Assembly (NCBI GenBank): GCA_035528175.1
Contig: DATKZC010000025.1
Location: 431 to 64,430, forward strand
DNA: 64,000 bases
Source: Minisyncoccota bacterium
Lineage (GTDB): Bacteria > Patescibacteriota > Minisyncoccia > RBG-13-40-8-A
Direction: 5' to 3'
Shown: positions 1 to 9,300 of the stretch, piece after piece
Numbering within the stretch: the stretch's first letter is position 1
Layout of the letters: the number at the start of each line of letters is the position of its first letter
Made by a program: the position numbers and the translations under genes
The notes under the pieces: model-generated
The model's input: only the letters and a program-made list of their open reading frames with translations
The model's database searches: none
Told to the model about the DNA's origin: nothing

Positions 1-626
1 ACAAATTTTGTCCCTTTAATTTCTTTTATTGCTGCATTGATAATAAATTCCACCTTTCCCGTTTTAGCCAATTTTTCTTTATTAATCGGGTCGCCTTTCA
101 TTGCATCAAAAAATTCTAAGATATAAACTTTTTTGGCATATTTCACCAAATCTAGCGCTGTGCTGAAACCGGAATTCCCTCCACCCGCAACTGCCACCTC
201 TTTGTCTTTAAACATCGGCGCATCGCAGGTTGCGCAAATACTCACCCCTTTTCCTTTAAATTCTTCTTCGCCTAAAACATCCAACATTCGCGGAATCTTG
301 CCAGTGGCAACAATGACTGCCCTCGCTTCATATTCTAGCTCATTGTCTCTTACTAAAAAATTATCGCCTTTTTTATCCAAATTAATCACTTCTTTATTCT
401 GTTTTATTTCGATTTCAAATTCTTTAAGATGTTCTGTCATCTGCCTAATCAACTCTGTACCTGAAATAATCTTCGTTCCTGGCCAATTTCCAATTTCATT
501 AGCTTTGACTATCTGCCCGCCCCACTCTTTGGTAATTAAAAGAGTTTTTAGTTTTTTCCTAGCAGCATAAATCCCGGCAGTTATTCCGGCCGGACCTCCG
601 CCAATAATGATTAAATCGTATATCAT
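1..626 (-). CDS. trxB: Thioredoxin reductase-like FAD-dependent oxidoreductase (3' end runs off the window)
   Basis: Not in the ORF track. Manual translation from ATG at 626 gives MIYDLIIIGGGPAGITAGIYAAR (GxGxxG) and later GVSICATCDAP (CxxC). The start overlaps the glutaredoxin stop (ATGA). Confidence 0.88.
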   Translation of the reverse strand, partial: MIYDLIIIGGGPAGITAGIYAARKKLKTLLITKEWGGQIVKANEIGNWPGTKIISGTELIRQMTEHLKEFEIEIKQNKEVINLDKKGDNFLVRDNELEYEARAVIVATGKIPRMLDVLGEEEFKGKGVSICATCDAPMFKDKEVAVAGGGNSGFSTALDLVKYAKKVYILEFFDAMKGDPINKEKLAKTGKVEFIINAAIKEIKGTKF

Positions 627-850
627 AATTTCAATAATTGCTTAATGCGTTCTTGATTAAATCCTATAATAATTTCCCCATCAATATCTATGACCGGTAC
701 TCCGTATTGCCCTGATTTTTCAATCATTTCTTTTTGGGCTTCTAAATCCTGCGAAACATCAATGTCCTGAAATTCTATATTGCGTTCTTTTAAATAACCT
801 TTGAGCGCTACGCAATAAGGGCAGCTCGGAGTTGAAAATACTCTTACCAT
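623..850 (-). CDS. Glutaredoxin-like protein (NrdH/YruB family)
   Basis: CPYC motif, GVPVIDIDG, 75 aa. Confidence 0.9.
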   Translation of the reverse strand: MVRVFSTPSCPYCVALKGYLKERNIEFQDIDVSQDLEAQKEMIEKSGQYGVPVIDIDGEIIIGFNQERIKQLLKL

Positions 851-854
851 AAAA

Positions 855-1280
855 TTATATACTTAATGAGTCCTTAATTTTTTGCATTATCTCTTCAAGT
901 TTTTCTTCTAACGCATTTTTTAAATTTTCTTTCTGTTTTTCTATCGCTTTTTGAATTGCTTTATTCAGCGCATCTTTGGCTTTATTTAAATACGACTCAT
1001 AAATGCCTTTCAGTTTCTCGGCTAATTCCATGTTTCCCTTTAAAAGCATTTCTTTGGCTTCTGCTGCTCTTTTCTCTGCGAATGCCTTATATCTTTCCGC
1101 TCTGTTCTCAGCGCCAAAGGTGAAAAATGTAACAATTTTTTCCCACCAGATTTTCAGAAAATAAAACTTACTGTCAGCGGGTATCTTGGGTCCTGGCAAA
1201 TCATTGGGAAATCCTGCCAACGCATAAGCAGTTGATGCTAAAAATCCCAAAATTACCAAAACTAAAATCATTTTTTTCAT
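855..1280 (-). CDS. Secreted helical protein, DUF5667-like
   Basis: Signal peptide, then PDSxFYFLKxWWEKI-like motif and AEKRAAEA. Confidence 0.65.
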   Translation of the reverse strand: MKKMILVLVILGFLASTAYALAGFPNDLPGPKIPADSKFYFLKIWWEKIVTFFTFGAENRAERYKAFAEKRAAEAKEMLLKGNMELAEKLKGIYESYLNKAKDALNKAIQKAIEKQKENLKNALEEKLEEIMQKIKDSLSI

Positions 1281-1309
1281 ATTTTTATTATATCACAAAA
1301 TTAAAATAG

Positions 1310-2179
1310 CTACACGTTTCCCGGATATACATATTTTAATCCCATTTTCTTGCCGATTTCAACCGCTTGATAAATTTTTTCTACTGGCGTAAATGGAATG
1401 TCTGATAATTTGTATTGCGGGAAAAAGCGTGAAACGTGCCAAGGAATTTCGTCTCCTAATTCTTTTTTAATAAATTCGGCAATATTTTTTAATTCTTGTT
1501 CTGAATCATTCTTGCCTGGAATGATTAGAGTGGTAATTTCTAAGTGGATTTTTCTTTTTTTAATATCAACCAGATTTTCCAAAACCGGCTTAAGCCGCGC
1601 TCCACAAATTTCTTGATAAAATTCTTCTGTAAATGCTTTCAAATCAATATTAATTGCATCCAAATACGCCTCGATTAAATCCAGTGTCTCTTTAGTCATA
1701 TAACCATTGGAAACCCAGATATTTTTTAGTCCTTTCTTATGCGCCAATTTCATACAATCCAAAGCAAATTCCACAAAAATAGTTGGCTCAGCATAAGTAT
1801 AAGAAATGCTCGGGCATTTACCATCTAGGGCGTCTTGAACAATCTGTTCTGGGATCAAGGTCTTGCCACCGACACTCCCCGCGGTCGGAACCTGTGATAT
1901 GTCCGCATTCTGACAATGCAAACATCGAAAATTACAGCCAGCCGTGGCGAAAGATAAAGAAAAAGTCCCTGGCAAAAAATGATACAGGGGCTTTTTCTCA
2001 ATCGGGTCAATATGTTCGGCAATTATCTTGCCATAGACCAAACTATACAATTTCCCATTTCGATTTTCACGTACTTTGCAGATTCCGCGCTTTTTATCCA
2101 ATATAACGCATTTATGATTACACGCATTGCATTGAACTTTACTACCACCTAATTTTTTGTAAAGTAATGCTTCTTTCAT
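1310..2179 (-). CDS. amrS: AmmeMemoRadiSam system radical SAM enzyme
   Basis: N-terminal CxxCxxxC plus DPIEKKPLYHF, CNFRCLHC, ends YxGNV. Confidence 0.88.
   Translation of the reverse strand: MKEALLYKKLGGSKVQCNACNHKCVILDKKRGICKVRENRNGKLYSLVYGKIIAEHIDPIEKKPLYHFLPGTFSLSFATAGCNFRCLHCQNADISQVPTAGSVGGKTLIPEQIVQDALDGKCPSISYTYAEPTIFVEFALDCMKLAHKKGLKNIWVSNGYMTKETLDLIEAYLDAINIDLKAFTEEFYQEICGARLKPVLENLVDIKKRKIHLEITTLIIPGKNDSEQELKNIAEFIKKELGDEIPWHVSRFFPQYKLSDIPFTPVEKIYQAVEIGKKMGLKYVYPGNV
1862..1890 (-). repeat. Short palindromic insert within amrS (CCGAC..GTCGG hairpin followed by CAAG)
   Basis: Coding strand TTCCGACCGCGGGGAGTGTCGGTGGCAAG, encoding VPTAGSVGGK; GC-rich in an AT-rich gene. Confidence 0.5.
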
Positions 2180-2186
2180 GTTTTAA

Positions 2187-3110
2187 TTATTCACACTCAC
2201 CGGCTGCAGTCGTATCAGGGCTATTGCCTAAACTTGTGGAACATTCTGATGGCGCGGTGTTAAATCCTGCGCAAATAGCGGATTTATAACCTTCTGCGCT
2301 TCTTGTTCCTGTAAACTCTTTATCATTAATTATAAGCTGGGGCGAACCACTGATGTCGTATTTCTTGCCTAATTCAACTTCATTCTCTAATAAAGAAATC
2401 TTTTCCTCTGCGAAGCAAGTTTTTACATTATTGACATCAACTCCCGAACTTTTAGCAACATTTTCCCAGCAAGCATCAACATCTTGATAATTACAAGAAG
2501 TATTTATTTGCTTTACAAAACCCCAGAATTTTTCTTTTTGATATTTCTGCACGCATAATTCTCGCACATCCTGGTTTAATTCCTGTATTCCATGCATTGA
2601 GCAATATTTGCTTTCAGCTACACAGTAATCCGAGCCACCGCCTTGATAATTTTCGTAAATCACATAATGAAGTTCAATATCCACTTTGTCCCCTAATAAA
2701 TTAACCACTGGTATTATTATTTCTTCTGCCTGATTTCCATAAGGACAAAAACTCATTACAAATAAATCAGCCTTTGTTTTGTCTTGTTTTGGTATGTCGC
2801 TATTGGCATCGCCATTGACAGTTGTGTCTTCTGTAATTGCTATGCCGCTTGGAAATATTAATTCTCCATCAAGAGAAATATATGAGATCATATCCTGTTC
2901 TCCGATTTTGAGATTTAATTTATACACTCCATTTTCTTTTACCACATCTCCGACTAATATTGCAGTAGCCTGACCTTCTAATACTTTATTAACATAATCT
3001 ATAACTATCTTACCGGCCTCTTTTGAAGATATCCCCTTTTGACTGTAAAGCACTTGAGCAATACCCAAAACAATCAAAATTATAATTATTGGAACTAAAA
3101 ATTTTTTCAT
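2187..3110 (-). CDS. Membrane-anchored thioredoxin-fold (DsbA/GILT-like) cysteine-rich protein
   Basis: Start reassigned to MKKFLVP (ATG 3110); TM helix, FVMSFCPYG, SMHG..E, GSP motif. Confidence 0.7.
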   Translation of the reverse strand: MKKFLVPIIIILIVLGIAQVLYSQKGISSKEAGKIVIDYVNKVLEGQATAILVGDVVKENGVYKLNLKIGEQDMISYISLDGELIFPSGIAITEDTTVNGDANSDIPKQDKTKADLFVMSFCPYGNQAEEIIIPVVNLLGDKVDIELHYVIYENYQGGGSDYCVAESKYCSMHGIQELNQDVRELCVQKYQKEKFWGFVKQINTSCNYQDVDACWENVAKSSGVDVNNVKTCFAEEKISLLENEVELGKKYDISGSPQLIINDKEFTGTRSAEGYKSAICAGFNTAPSECSTSLGNSPDTTAAGECE

Positions 3111-3113
3111 ACT

Positions 3114-3143
3114 TTGTCCCGCCGTAGCTTTAGCGAAGGCGGA
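3114..3143. repeat. REP-like palindrome, family A (intergenic)
   Basis: ttgtcccgccgtagctttagcgaaggcgga, similar to the copies at 29719 and 63915. Confidence 0.85.
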
Positions 3144-3150
3144 ATTTACT

Positions 3151-3519
3151 TTATTTATACTTATTAATCGCATCGCTTAATGCCTCAGTGACTAACTGAG
3201 CACAATGAATTTTTAATGGAGGCAATGTTCCCAATTCATCAGAAACATCCTGAAAATCAATTTTTAATGCCTGCTCTAATGTCTTGCCTTTTGCCAACTT
3301 ACAAATCATGTCTGAAGAAGCAATGGCTGAGGCGCAGCCCAATGTTTCGAATTTAATGCCTTTTATTCTCCTGCTTTTTTCGTCAATTTTCAAATATAAA
3401 GTCAGTAAATCTCCGCAACGCGGATTACCGGCTTTCCCAATCACATCCGGATTATTAATTTTACCAAAAAACTTGGGATTAGTAAAATGCTGCATTATTT
3501 GTTTGTTATAAATAGGCAT
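3151..3519 (-). CDS. iscU: Fe-S cluster scaffold IscU/NifU-N
   Basis: GNPRCGD, GCASAIAS, KIHCA; directly downstream of the cysteine desulfurase. Confidence 0.93.
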   Translation of the reverse strand: MPIYNKQIMQHFTNPKFFGKINNPDVIGKAGNPRCGDLLTLYLKIDEKSRRIKGIKFETLGCASAIASSDMICKLAKGKTLEQALKIDFQDVSDELGTLPPLKIHCAQLVTEALSDAINKYK

Positions 3520-3523
3520 ATAT

Positions 3524-4717
3524 TTAACGTCCGGAAATTTTTCTTAGTTTTTCTACTACCCTAGGTAATATTTTAATAAAATAATCTATTTCTTTCACTG
3601 TTGTATATCTTCCCATACTCACCCTTAAACTTGAATGCGCGTCTAATTCGGGTAATCCCATTGCGATTAAAACATGCGACGGCATCAAAGAAGTTGAGGT
3701 GCAGGCCGAGCCGGTTGAAACAGCAATCCCTTCTTCGTTTAAAGCAATAACCAGGCTTTCCCCTTCAACTCCCAAAAAACTGAAATTAACGATGTTCGGC
3801 AGTCTTTCTTCTGGTCGTTTCGAACCATTAACCTTGCTGCCTTGGACGTTTTCTAGAACACCGTCTACTAATTTATTCCTTAATATTTCCATTTTTCGAA
3901 TTTCGGCTTTCGTATTTCGGATTTTTGCAATTACCTCCCCTATGCCGACAATACCGGCAACGTTTTCCGTCCCTGCCCTCAATTTCCATTCATGGCTCCC
4001 GCCAGTAATTAACGACGCAATCGGCGTACCCTCTTTAATATAGAGAATCCCAACTCCTTTTGGCCCATAAATTTTATGGGCTGAAAGTGTTAACAAATCA
4101 ACTTTCAAATCATCAACTCTACAATCCAGCCAATTCGCTGCCTGGACCGCGTCAACGTGGAAATAAGTCGGATGCTCTTCGTTTTTGTTGATTTCACTAA
4201 TAATTTTTCCGATTTTCTTAATTGACTGCACAGAACCAATCTCATTATTCGCGTACATTATTGAAACTAAATCAGTTTCCGGAGTAATCTCGGCTCTAAG
4301 ATCATCCAAATTTATCAAACCATCCGGCCCTACTGGCAAATAAGTTATTCTGATTCCTTCTTTTTCCAAATCCCTGCAGGTTTCCAACACTGCCTTGTGC
4401 TCTATTTTTGAAGTAATAATATGAATTCTCTCCCCTGCTTGTTTTTTATGTTTTAATGCTTTTATTAAGCCCCTAATCGCAAGATTATCGCTTTCTGACG
4501 CAGAGCCCGTAAAAACAATTTCCATTGGCTTGCAGTTTAAAAATCTAGCCACTTTTTTCCTGGCTTCATCGATCGCGCTACTTCCTTCCTGACCGAATTT
4601 ATGGATGGACGACGGATTGCCATATTTATCAGTTAAATACGGCATCATTTTTTTCAAAACCCCGGCATCCAATGGTGTCGTAGCAGCATAATCTAAATAA
4701 ATCCTTGACTTACTCAT
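3524..4717 (-). CDS. iscS: Cysteine desulfurase (IscS/NifS)
   Basis: YLDYAATTP, SAHKIYGPKG (PLP lysine), STGSAC. Confidence 0.95.
   Translation of the reverse strand: MSKSRIYLDYAATTPLDAGVLKKMMPYLTDKYGNPSSIHKFGQEGSSAIDEARKKVARFLNCKPMEIVFTGSASESDNLAIRGLIKALKHKKQAGERIHIITSKIEHKAVLETCRDLEKEGIRITYLPVGPDGLINLDDLRAEITPETDLVSIMYANNEIGSVQSIKKIGKIISEINKNEEHPTYFHVDAVQAANWLDCRVDDLKVDLLTLSAHKIYGPKGVGILYIKEGTPIASLITGGSHEWKLRAGTENVAGIVGIGEVIAKIRNTKAEIRKMEILRNKLVDGVLENVQGSKVNGSKRPEERLPNIVNFSFLGVEGESLVIALNEEGIAVSTGSACTSTSLMPSHVLIAMGLPELDAHSSLRVSMGRYTTVKEIDYFIKILPRVVEKLRKISGR
3894..3924 (-). repeat. Four-copy heptamer tandem repeat within iscS
   Basis: Coding strand AAATCCG AAATACG AAAGCCG AAATTCG AAA, encoding KIRNTKAEIRK. 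Confidence 0.7.
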
Positions 4718-4721
4718 AATA

Positions 4722-5606
4722 TTATATTACCAAAAGACTTAATCCTATACAAATAAAAATGATGGCGATGATTTTTTGAATAAGAACCTCTTTATTAAAC
4801 TGTTCTTTCAAAACCGGAATCTTCTTCAATAATAATAAAGCCAAAATCAAAACAAAAACATACTGTAATCCTTGAAAAGCAATTGTCAGGGTTACGCTTC
4901 CCAAAAATGCTGCTAAATACAAAAACAAACTTCCAGCAACATTAAAAAGCCTGCCGAATATAAAAAATTTTGTTGTTTTTGATTTAACCTGCTTTGTTTC
5001 TGAAAATATAAGCTCTCGATTCTTTTTTGAAAACAATAAAGTCAGAGCTATTAATACTACTCCAACCCTTACCCATATCAGACCGCTGACAAAATTGGTT
5101 CCCAAAAATAAATACTTAGTGATTACCCAAAAAAGCGCAAAGAGAAAGGCCGAAACAATAGATAGCCCCAAAACTCCATTCCTCAAAAAATGTTTTCTTC
5201 TAAACCCTATAACTAGGCATCCTAAAACCAATAATACAAAGGCTATTATTTGTCGAAGAGTCAAAAACTCTTTTATAATAGAAGAACTCAAAATTAAAAC
5301 AAATACTGAACTCACGGCGCCTACAAAAGGCACGACCCTAGAAATTTCTTCTCTGTTCACGGCTTTATAAAAAAGCAAAAAACCGCTAATTTGCGCAACT
5401 CCAGCAACCAAACTCCAGAAAATTTCCGCGCCATTGGGCATTACAAACCCGAATGGAATTAGAACTAAAACAAATATACCTAAAACCCCAACATAGAAAG
5501 AATAAACCACTTGGTGTGGCATCGACCTAGAAAGGATATATTTGTCAAATATAAAGACTAATGCGTAGAAAAACTGGGCTAAAATTACTAATAAAATCCA
5601 ACTCAT
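4722..5606 (-). CDS. EamA/DMT family transporter
   Basis: About 10 TM helices in two repeated halves. Confidence 0.75.
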   Translation of the reverse strand: MSWILLVILAQFFYALVFIFDKYILSRSMPHQVVYSFYVGVLGIFVLVLIPFGFVMPNGAEIFWSLVAGVAQISGFLLFYKAVNREEISRVVPFVGAVSSVFVLILSSSIIKEFLTLRQIIAFVLLVLGCLVIGFRRKHFLRNGVLGLSIVSAFLFALFWVITKYLFLGTNFVSGLIWVRVGVVLIALTLLFSKKNRELIFSETKQVKSKTTKFFIFGRLFNVAGSLFLYLAAFLGSVTLTIAFQGLQYVFVLILALLLLKKIPVLKEQFNKEVLIQKIIAIIFICIGLSLLVI

Positions 5607-6727
5607 AAATTTGTTCCATTATTCTTACAAATTTCCGCGTAAACTCTGCTACTGGGGCGCGGAATTCGTTGAAAGGTTTTGTAATCAATTTCAATCAAGC
5701 CAAAACGTGGCTCAAATCCTTTATCCCACTCAAAATTATCCAATAACGACCAATGGAAATATCCGCGTACATCAACCCCTTCTTCAATTGCCTTATAAAC
5801 CCACTTCAAATGCTCAATAATGAATTTTGTTCGTTTTTCATCCTTGGCATCAGCCAAACCATTTTCCGTAATGTAAATCGGCTTGTTATATTTTTTAAAA
5901 TCTTTTAAAACATGATAAATCCCTTCGGGGTATATTTCCCAACCGATATCTGTTCTCTTTCTATGAGAAAGTTTTAATATCTCAGATAATGAATGGTGAA
6001 AATAATAATTCAGACCAATAAAATCATGATGATTTTCTATTTTATTTAAAAATTTTTGATTCCAGAATGTATTTAAAATTTTTAAAAATCCTTTAAAATG
6101 AGTATAGTTTTGAGCTATGCCAACAAAAGCATCGGGAGAAATTTTGTGAATTAATTCATAAATCTCCTTGTGGGTTATAATCAATTGTTTACAAACTCTG
6201 CGAAATTTAAACCAATTTTTTATAAATGGTGGCCACTTACCTATTAAAAAAGACAGAACGGCATAAACATTGTCTGGCTCATTTAAAGTAATCCAAAATT
6301 TAACCAGGTCTTTATATTCCGAGACAATTTTCCCGACAAATCGCCCGAAATCTTTCGGCGCATCTTCATTCAGCCAACCTCCCTTTTCAACGAACCAAAT
6401 CGGCAAAGTCCAGTGATATAAGGTCATAAACGGCTCCAGCCCCCTTTCTTTAAGTGCCAAAATTACTTTTCTGTAATGCTCAATTTCTTTTTGGTCAAAT
6501 TTTCCTTCCTCGGGTTCGATACGAGCCCATTCGATTGAAAATCTATGGGCATTATTATTCAGTGATTTCGCTAAATCAAAATCTTCTTCAAATTTATGAT
6601 AATGGTCGCAAGCAATACCTGCGTCAAACTTTTTTCCAATCATTGACCAATCATTCTTTATTCCTCCCTCCACTTGATATGCAGATGTAGCTGTACCCCA
6701 ATAAAAATTTTCTGGGAATTTTAACAT
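5603..6727 (-). CDS. Glycoside hydrolase family 1 (beta-glucosidase-like)
   Basis: FYWGTATSAYQVEG, catalytic TLNEP and ITENG, DNFEW. Confidence 0.93.
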   Translation of the reverse strand: MLKFPENFYWGTATSAYQVEGGIKNDWSMIGKKFDAGIACDHYHKFEEDFDLAKSLNNNAHRFSIEWARIEPEEGKFDQKEIEHYRKVILALKERGLEPFMTLYHWTLPIWFVEKGGWLNEDAPKDFGRFVGKIVSEYKDLVKFWITLNEPDNVYAVLSFLIGKWPPFIKNWFKFRRVCKQLIITHKEIYELIHKISPDAFVGIAQNYTHFKGFLKILNTFWNQKFLNKIENHHDFIGLNYYFHHSLSEILKLSHRKRTDIGWEIYPEGIYHVLKDFKKYNKPIYITENGLADAKDEKRTKFIIEHLKWVYKAIEEGVDVRGYFHWSLLDNFEWDKGFEPRFGLIEIDYKTFQRIPRPSSRVYAEICKNNGTNL

Positions 6728-7887
6728 TACTGCACGATTAAAATATTGTTATAATTCTCGGTCAGCATTTTTTCCGCTTTTTTGGTTTTTACATTTAATC
6801 TCATAATATTAAACATATTCACCTCTTCTCCTTCTGCCCTTTCAAGAAAGTATAAAGAATTACTGGAACCGTCAAATGCCAGCTGGCTGATATAGCTTCC
6901 GGAATATATCTCATTATCCGTTTCCTTATATAAATCAACCAAGTGGATTGTTTCAATTATTTCATTGTTTTTACCCGACTTCTGTTCTGTGTAAAAAAAT
7001 CCTTTTTCTGTATCCAACCAGATTTTGTCACTAATTCTATCTGTGGTTAAAACCGGTTTGTAGTCTCTTTTTTCGAAATCGCCCAAATAAAGTTCGGTAA
7101 TTTCCTTGTTGTTTTTCCTGCTGTAGATCTCATAAAGAAACATTTTGCCGCTTGGCGAAAATTCTATGTTCTGGCAATTAGTCAAATTGGCGTCGCAGCT
7201 TTTTGGAATTATGTATTCTACTTTCTTGGTTTCTATATTTATTCTGCCTAAGCTTTTAATATTCGCGTCAAAAATCCCCTGGAAATAAATATAATCCTCA
7301 TTCCAACGTTTTAATAAAAGCACATTTTCCTCAAATTTTGCTAATAACTGCGGACCTTCGCCATCTGCTATGCTTATCCATAATTCCCTTTTTGTATTAT
7401 TTGTCTCTATTTCTTCATAGGTTGAATCTTTAATTTCTTTAATCCAGGCAATACTATTACTATCCGGAGAAAAAACCAAGCTGGTTGAATCAATCGGTTG
7501 TTCAATTTTCTTTTCTGTGCCGGTTCTTAGATTAACTAGAATCGGATCATAATAAATTCTGCTTGCCACCATGCCATCGCCTAAATCCTCTATTTGTTCC
7601 TCTTTTGACTTTTTAGAATAAATCAATTGGCGCCTGTCCGGCGAAATAAAAGAGTGGCGGGGCGGCTTGTATTTGCCCAAATCAACTTCCTGAGCAGCAA
7701 CTGCGACGATTTTCTCGCCTTCGCCTTTATTATCTAATAAAAACAAATTAGCTTTATTCTCGTTAAGTCGGTAATAAAAAACCCCTTCGCCCAGTTTCGG
7801 GCTAAGAATTTTCCAAAGCAGAATTCCAAGAATAATACCGATTAGAACTGCTATTAAAATAAAGAAAGTTAATCGCTTTCTCTCCAT
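6727..7887 (-). CDS. Membrane-anchored TolB-like beta-propeller protein
   Basis: N-terminal TM helix and repeated (F/I)SPD/SPSG motifs. Confidence 0.6.
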   Translation of the reverse strand: MERKRLTFFILIAVLIGIILGILLWKILSPKLGEGVFYYRLNENKANLFLLDNKGEGEKIVAVAAQEVDLGKYKPPRHSFISPDRRQLIYSKKSKEEQIEDLGDGMVASRIYYDPILVNLRTGTEKKIEQPIDSTSLVFSPDSNSIAWIKEIKDSTYEEIETNNTKRELWISIADGEGPQLLAKFEENVLLLKRWNEDYIYFQGIFDANIKSLGRINIETKKVEYIIPKSCDANLTNCQNIEFSPSGKMFLYEIYSRKNNKEITELYLGDFEKRDYKPVLTTDRISDKIWLDTEKGFFYTEQKSGKNNEIIETIHLVDLYKETDNEIYSGSYISQLAFDGSSNSLYFLERAEGEEVNMFNIMRLNVKTKKAEKMLTENYNNILIVQ

Positions 7888-7959
7888 GGAATCAATATAT
7901 CACGAAATTAATCAACCTGCAATATTTCTTGACAAGTTCTTCTAAAAGGCCGGCACAAC

Positions 7960-7990
7960 AAAAAAGGGGTGGTCTAGGACCACCCCTACT
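7960..7990 (-). terminator. Intrinsic terminator downstream of tyrS
   Basis: Minus strand AGGGGTGGTC-CTA-GACCACCCCT followed by a T run. Confidence 0.85.
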
Positions 7991-8008
7991 TTATTTCTGA
8001 AATCAAAT

Positions 8009-9193
8009 TTATACGATTTTCACAAAAAATCGTTTTCCTTTTTGAATAATACTATTTCGATTAACTATAATGTCAATCGATTTTATTTCTTCGCCGTCAA
8101 TTTCAATCCCGCCCTGTTCAATCAATCTTTTTGCGTCTCCCCTACTCGTTGCTAAATTTGTCTCGACTAAAACATCAACAATATTCTTTCCTGCTAATTT
8201 ATATTCTTGGATTTCATCCGGTAAATCTTTTTTCTGGAAAACCGAGACAAAATATTTTTTGCCATTTTCTGCGCCTTTTTCTCCCCAATATATTTTTACA
8301 ATTTCAAAAGCCAATTCCATCTTAATATCGCGCGGATTTGTTGTTTCCAGTAATAATTGCTTTTCGTATCCTCTGATTTTATCCATATCAATGCGAGTAC
8401 AATGCACAAAATAAGTAATAATCAAATCATCAGAAATGCTCATCACTTTTCCAAACATATCTTCTGGTTTATCTGTAATATTAATTGTGTTTCCCCAACT
8501 TGAGCTCATTTTTCTGCTATCGGTTCCCAGAATCAAATTAGTCATTAAAATGTCCTGCGCTTCTTGTTTGTAATGTTCCTGTAGAGTCCTGCCTGCCAAT
8601 AAATTAAATCTCTGGTCTGTTCCGCCAAGTTCAACATCAACCTTAGTGGCAATACTGTCATAGCCCTGCATTAGAGGATATAATAACTCTCTCAAAGAAA
8701 CGTGCCTTCCTTCTTCTAATCTTTTTCTGATATTCTCTCTGGCAATGAACTCCCCTAATGAAAACTGGTTTGCTAATCTGCCGATTTCACTGAAATTAAG
8801 TTTTTTAAGCCATTTTGAATTATGTTCAATTTTGGCTTTTTTAATATTGATAATCTTTCCTGTCTGCTCAACATAATTTTTCATATTTTTCTTAATCTGC
8901 TCCTCGGAAAGCATCGGCCTTTCGGAGTCCTTGTCAGAAGTATCGCCTACCATGCCCGTAAAGTCGCCTATAACAAAAATAATCTCGTGGCCAAGCTCCT
9001 GAAAGTCCCTCATTTTCAGCAATGTGACTGCTCTACCAATATGGATATTAGGGCTGGTGGGGTCAATTCCAAGCTTTACTCTTAATTTTTTGCCAGACAT
9101 CAATTTCTCACGCAAGTGCTTTAAATCAATCACCTCGCTCACCCCACGGGTCAGTATCTCTTCTATTTTGTTTTCATCAACTTTTATACTCAT
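8009..9193 (-). CDS. tyrS: Tyrosine--tRNA ligase
   Basis: GIDPT..HIGR, GGTDQ, KMSSS, C-terminal S4 domain ending QKGKR. Confidence 0.97.
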   Translation of the reverse strand: MSIKVDENKIEEILTRGVSEVIDLKHLREKLMSGKKLRVKLGIDPTSPNIHIGRAVTLLKMRDFQELGHEIIFVIGDFTGMVGDTSDKDSERPMLSEEQIKKNMKNYVEQTGKIINIKKAKIEHNSKWLKKLNFSEIGRLANQFSLGEFIARENIRKRLEEGRHVSLRELLYPLMQGYDSIATKVDVELGGTDQRFNLLAGRTLQEHYKQEAQDILMTNLILGTDSRKMSSSWGNTINITDKPEDMFGKVMSISDDLIITYFVHCTRIDMDKIRGYEKQLLLETTNPRDIKMELAFEIVKIYWGEKGAENGKKYFVSVFQKKDLPDEIQEYKLAGKNIVDVLVETNLATSRGDAKRLIEQGGIEIDGEEIKSIDIIVNRNSIIQKGKRFFVKIV

Positions 9194-9199
9194 AATTTT

Positions 9200-9210
9200 A
9201 TTATAGCAAA
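9200..9210 (-). promoter_or_regulatory. Extended -10 promoter of tyrS (leaderless)
   Basis: TGCTATAAT, 6 nt, then ATG; no Shine-Dalgarno sequence. Confidence 0.7.
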
Positions 9211-9225
9211 ATTTCTAAAACCTAT

Positions 9226-9296
9226 CTGCGGGACAGGGATTCGAACCCCGATCGACTCCTTCAAAGGGAGCTGTCCTACCATTAGACGATCCCGCA
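9226..9296 (-). tRNA. tRNA-Gln (UUG); CCA not encoded
   Basis: TGCGGGATCGTCTAATGGTAGGACAGCTCC-CTTTGAA-GGAGTCGATCGGGGTTCGAATCCCTGTCCCGCAG folds as a cloverleaf with a GTTCGAATC T-loop. Confidence 0.95.
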
Positions 9297-9300
9297 ATGA

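Noticed and set aside
133-570. 145-aa plus-strand ORF, and the many similar antisense ORFs in the track
   Set aside because: These are shadow frames of well-supported opposite-strand genes (here trxB) and have no motifs of their own.
7960-7990. GC-rich perfect hairpin as another REP copy
   Set aside because: No similarity to families A or B; its T tract and position after tyrS fit an ordinary terminator.
9226-9296. tRNA as an integration site
   Set aside because: It is flanked by housekeeping genes, and I saw no duplicated 3' end or integrase.
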